A stretch of 64,000 nucleotides of DNA from an uncultured delta proteobacterium (GTDB lineage: Bacteria > Myxococcota > Myxococcia > Myxococcales > Anaeromyxobacteraceae): assembly GCA_963766715.1 (NCBI GenBank), contig CAVYBH010000012.1, forward strand, positions 96,001 through 160,000. Direction: 5' to 3'. The notes beneath the pieces were generated by a model. The model was given only the letters and a program-made list of their open reading frames with translations, had not been told where the DNA came from and made no database searches. A program made the translations under genes and the position numbers. How positions within the stretch are numbered: position 1 is the stretch's first letter; the number at the start of each line of letters is the position of its first letter. Shown here one piece after another: positions 63,514 through 64,000 of this stretch.

Positions 63514-63625
63514 GTGCGGGCGGCGGCGCGCGGAGGATAGTCCCGCGCGAGGAGGGTGGCACACGAAAAACGCGTGCGGCGTGAGCCTCCCGGGACAGCG
63601 GCGGCGCCGCGGTTATGAGGCACGG

Positions 63626-64000
63626 GTGGCGGCGATCTTCCTCTTCGTGGACGGCGTGGGCGCGGGCGGGCGCGATCCCGACGTGAACCCGCTCGCCCGG
63701 GGCGACTTCCTGCTGTCCCGGTTCGCCGGCGGGGAGGGCGAGCCACTGCCGGCCGGCGGCCGGGCGGTCCTCGCCGACGCATGCCTGGGGGTCCCGGGGC
63801 GCCCCCAGTCGGCCACCGGCCAGAGCGCCATCCTCTCCGGCGAGAACGCCCCGGCCGCGCTCGGCCAGCACCTGCTCGGCTTCCCCAATGCCCGGCTCCG
63901 GGCCTGGCTGGAGCCCCGGTCCATCTTCCGGGCGCTCGCCGCCGCCGGGCGGTCCGCCGCCTTCGCGAACGCCTACCCGGTCGCCCACCTGCACGCGCTC
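63626..64000 (+). CDS. Alkaline-phosphatase-superfamily metalloenzyme (phosphoglycerate mutase/phosphopentomutase-like), N-terminal fragment
   Basis: My translation: VAAIFLFVDGVGAG..NPL..DACLGVPGRPQSATGQSAILSG..FANAY; runs off the window end. Confidence 0.8.
   Translation, partial: MAAIFLFVDGVGAGGRDPDVNPLARGDFLLSRFAGGEGEPLPAGGRAVLADACLGVPGRPQSATGQSAILSGENAPAALGQHLLGFPNARLRAWLEPRSIFRALAAAGRSAAFANAYPVAHLHAL

Noticed and set aside
1..64000. Many very long ORFs in the six-frame track (e.g. 9342-14573, 19764-26621, 22106-26662, 9854-13732)
   Set aside because: These are Arg/Gly/Pro-rich shadow frames typical of high-GC DNA, or chimeras created by frameshifts; they overlap well-supported genes
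1..64000. CRISPR array, integrase, transposase or prophage
   Set aside because: No regularly spaced repeats or mobile-element proteins were recognised; composition looks uniform by eye

Overview
This is a very GC-rich bacterial chromosome segment. Gene content and order (mreCD-mrdA-rodA without mreB and divergent from ppiD, ccsA-hemA-hemC-hemD, DUF507, tandem DUF3108) fit a Myxococcota / Anaeromyxobacter-like organism; the taxon is inferred. It is mostly core genome: a fimbrial usher fragment, metQNI, an SCP2 + WS/DGAT lipid unit, tRNA-Glu, cusBA, recJ, aspS, glpAB + mini-ferredoxin + lipid kinase, CHAD + SNF2 helicase, thiSG/thiE, queD, addBA, class I aldolase, yggS/maf, a GAF-GGDEF cyclase, ppiD, mreCD-mrdA-rodA, trxA, hem genes, truD, class II RNR, proC and a two-subunit amino-acid dehydrogenase. 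About 20 genes, including essential ones, carry single-base frameshifts. I read these as sequencing or assembly indels and report the genes as reconstructed CDSs. I saw no CRISPR array, integrase, transposase or prophage, and no clear-cut novel system. The best leads are: an operon of a Cys-rich membrane protein, SCP2 and WS/DGAT; a glpAB operon with a mini-ferredoxin in place of GlpC plus a lipid kinase; a degenerate PHP protein with an RGG tail; recurrent leaderless-type promoters; a sigma54 promoter with tandem upstream sites; an orphan SNF2 ATPase next to CHAD; and a proline-dehydrogenase-like pair next to proC. Family assignments come from motif recognition only; no database search was run.
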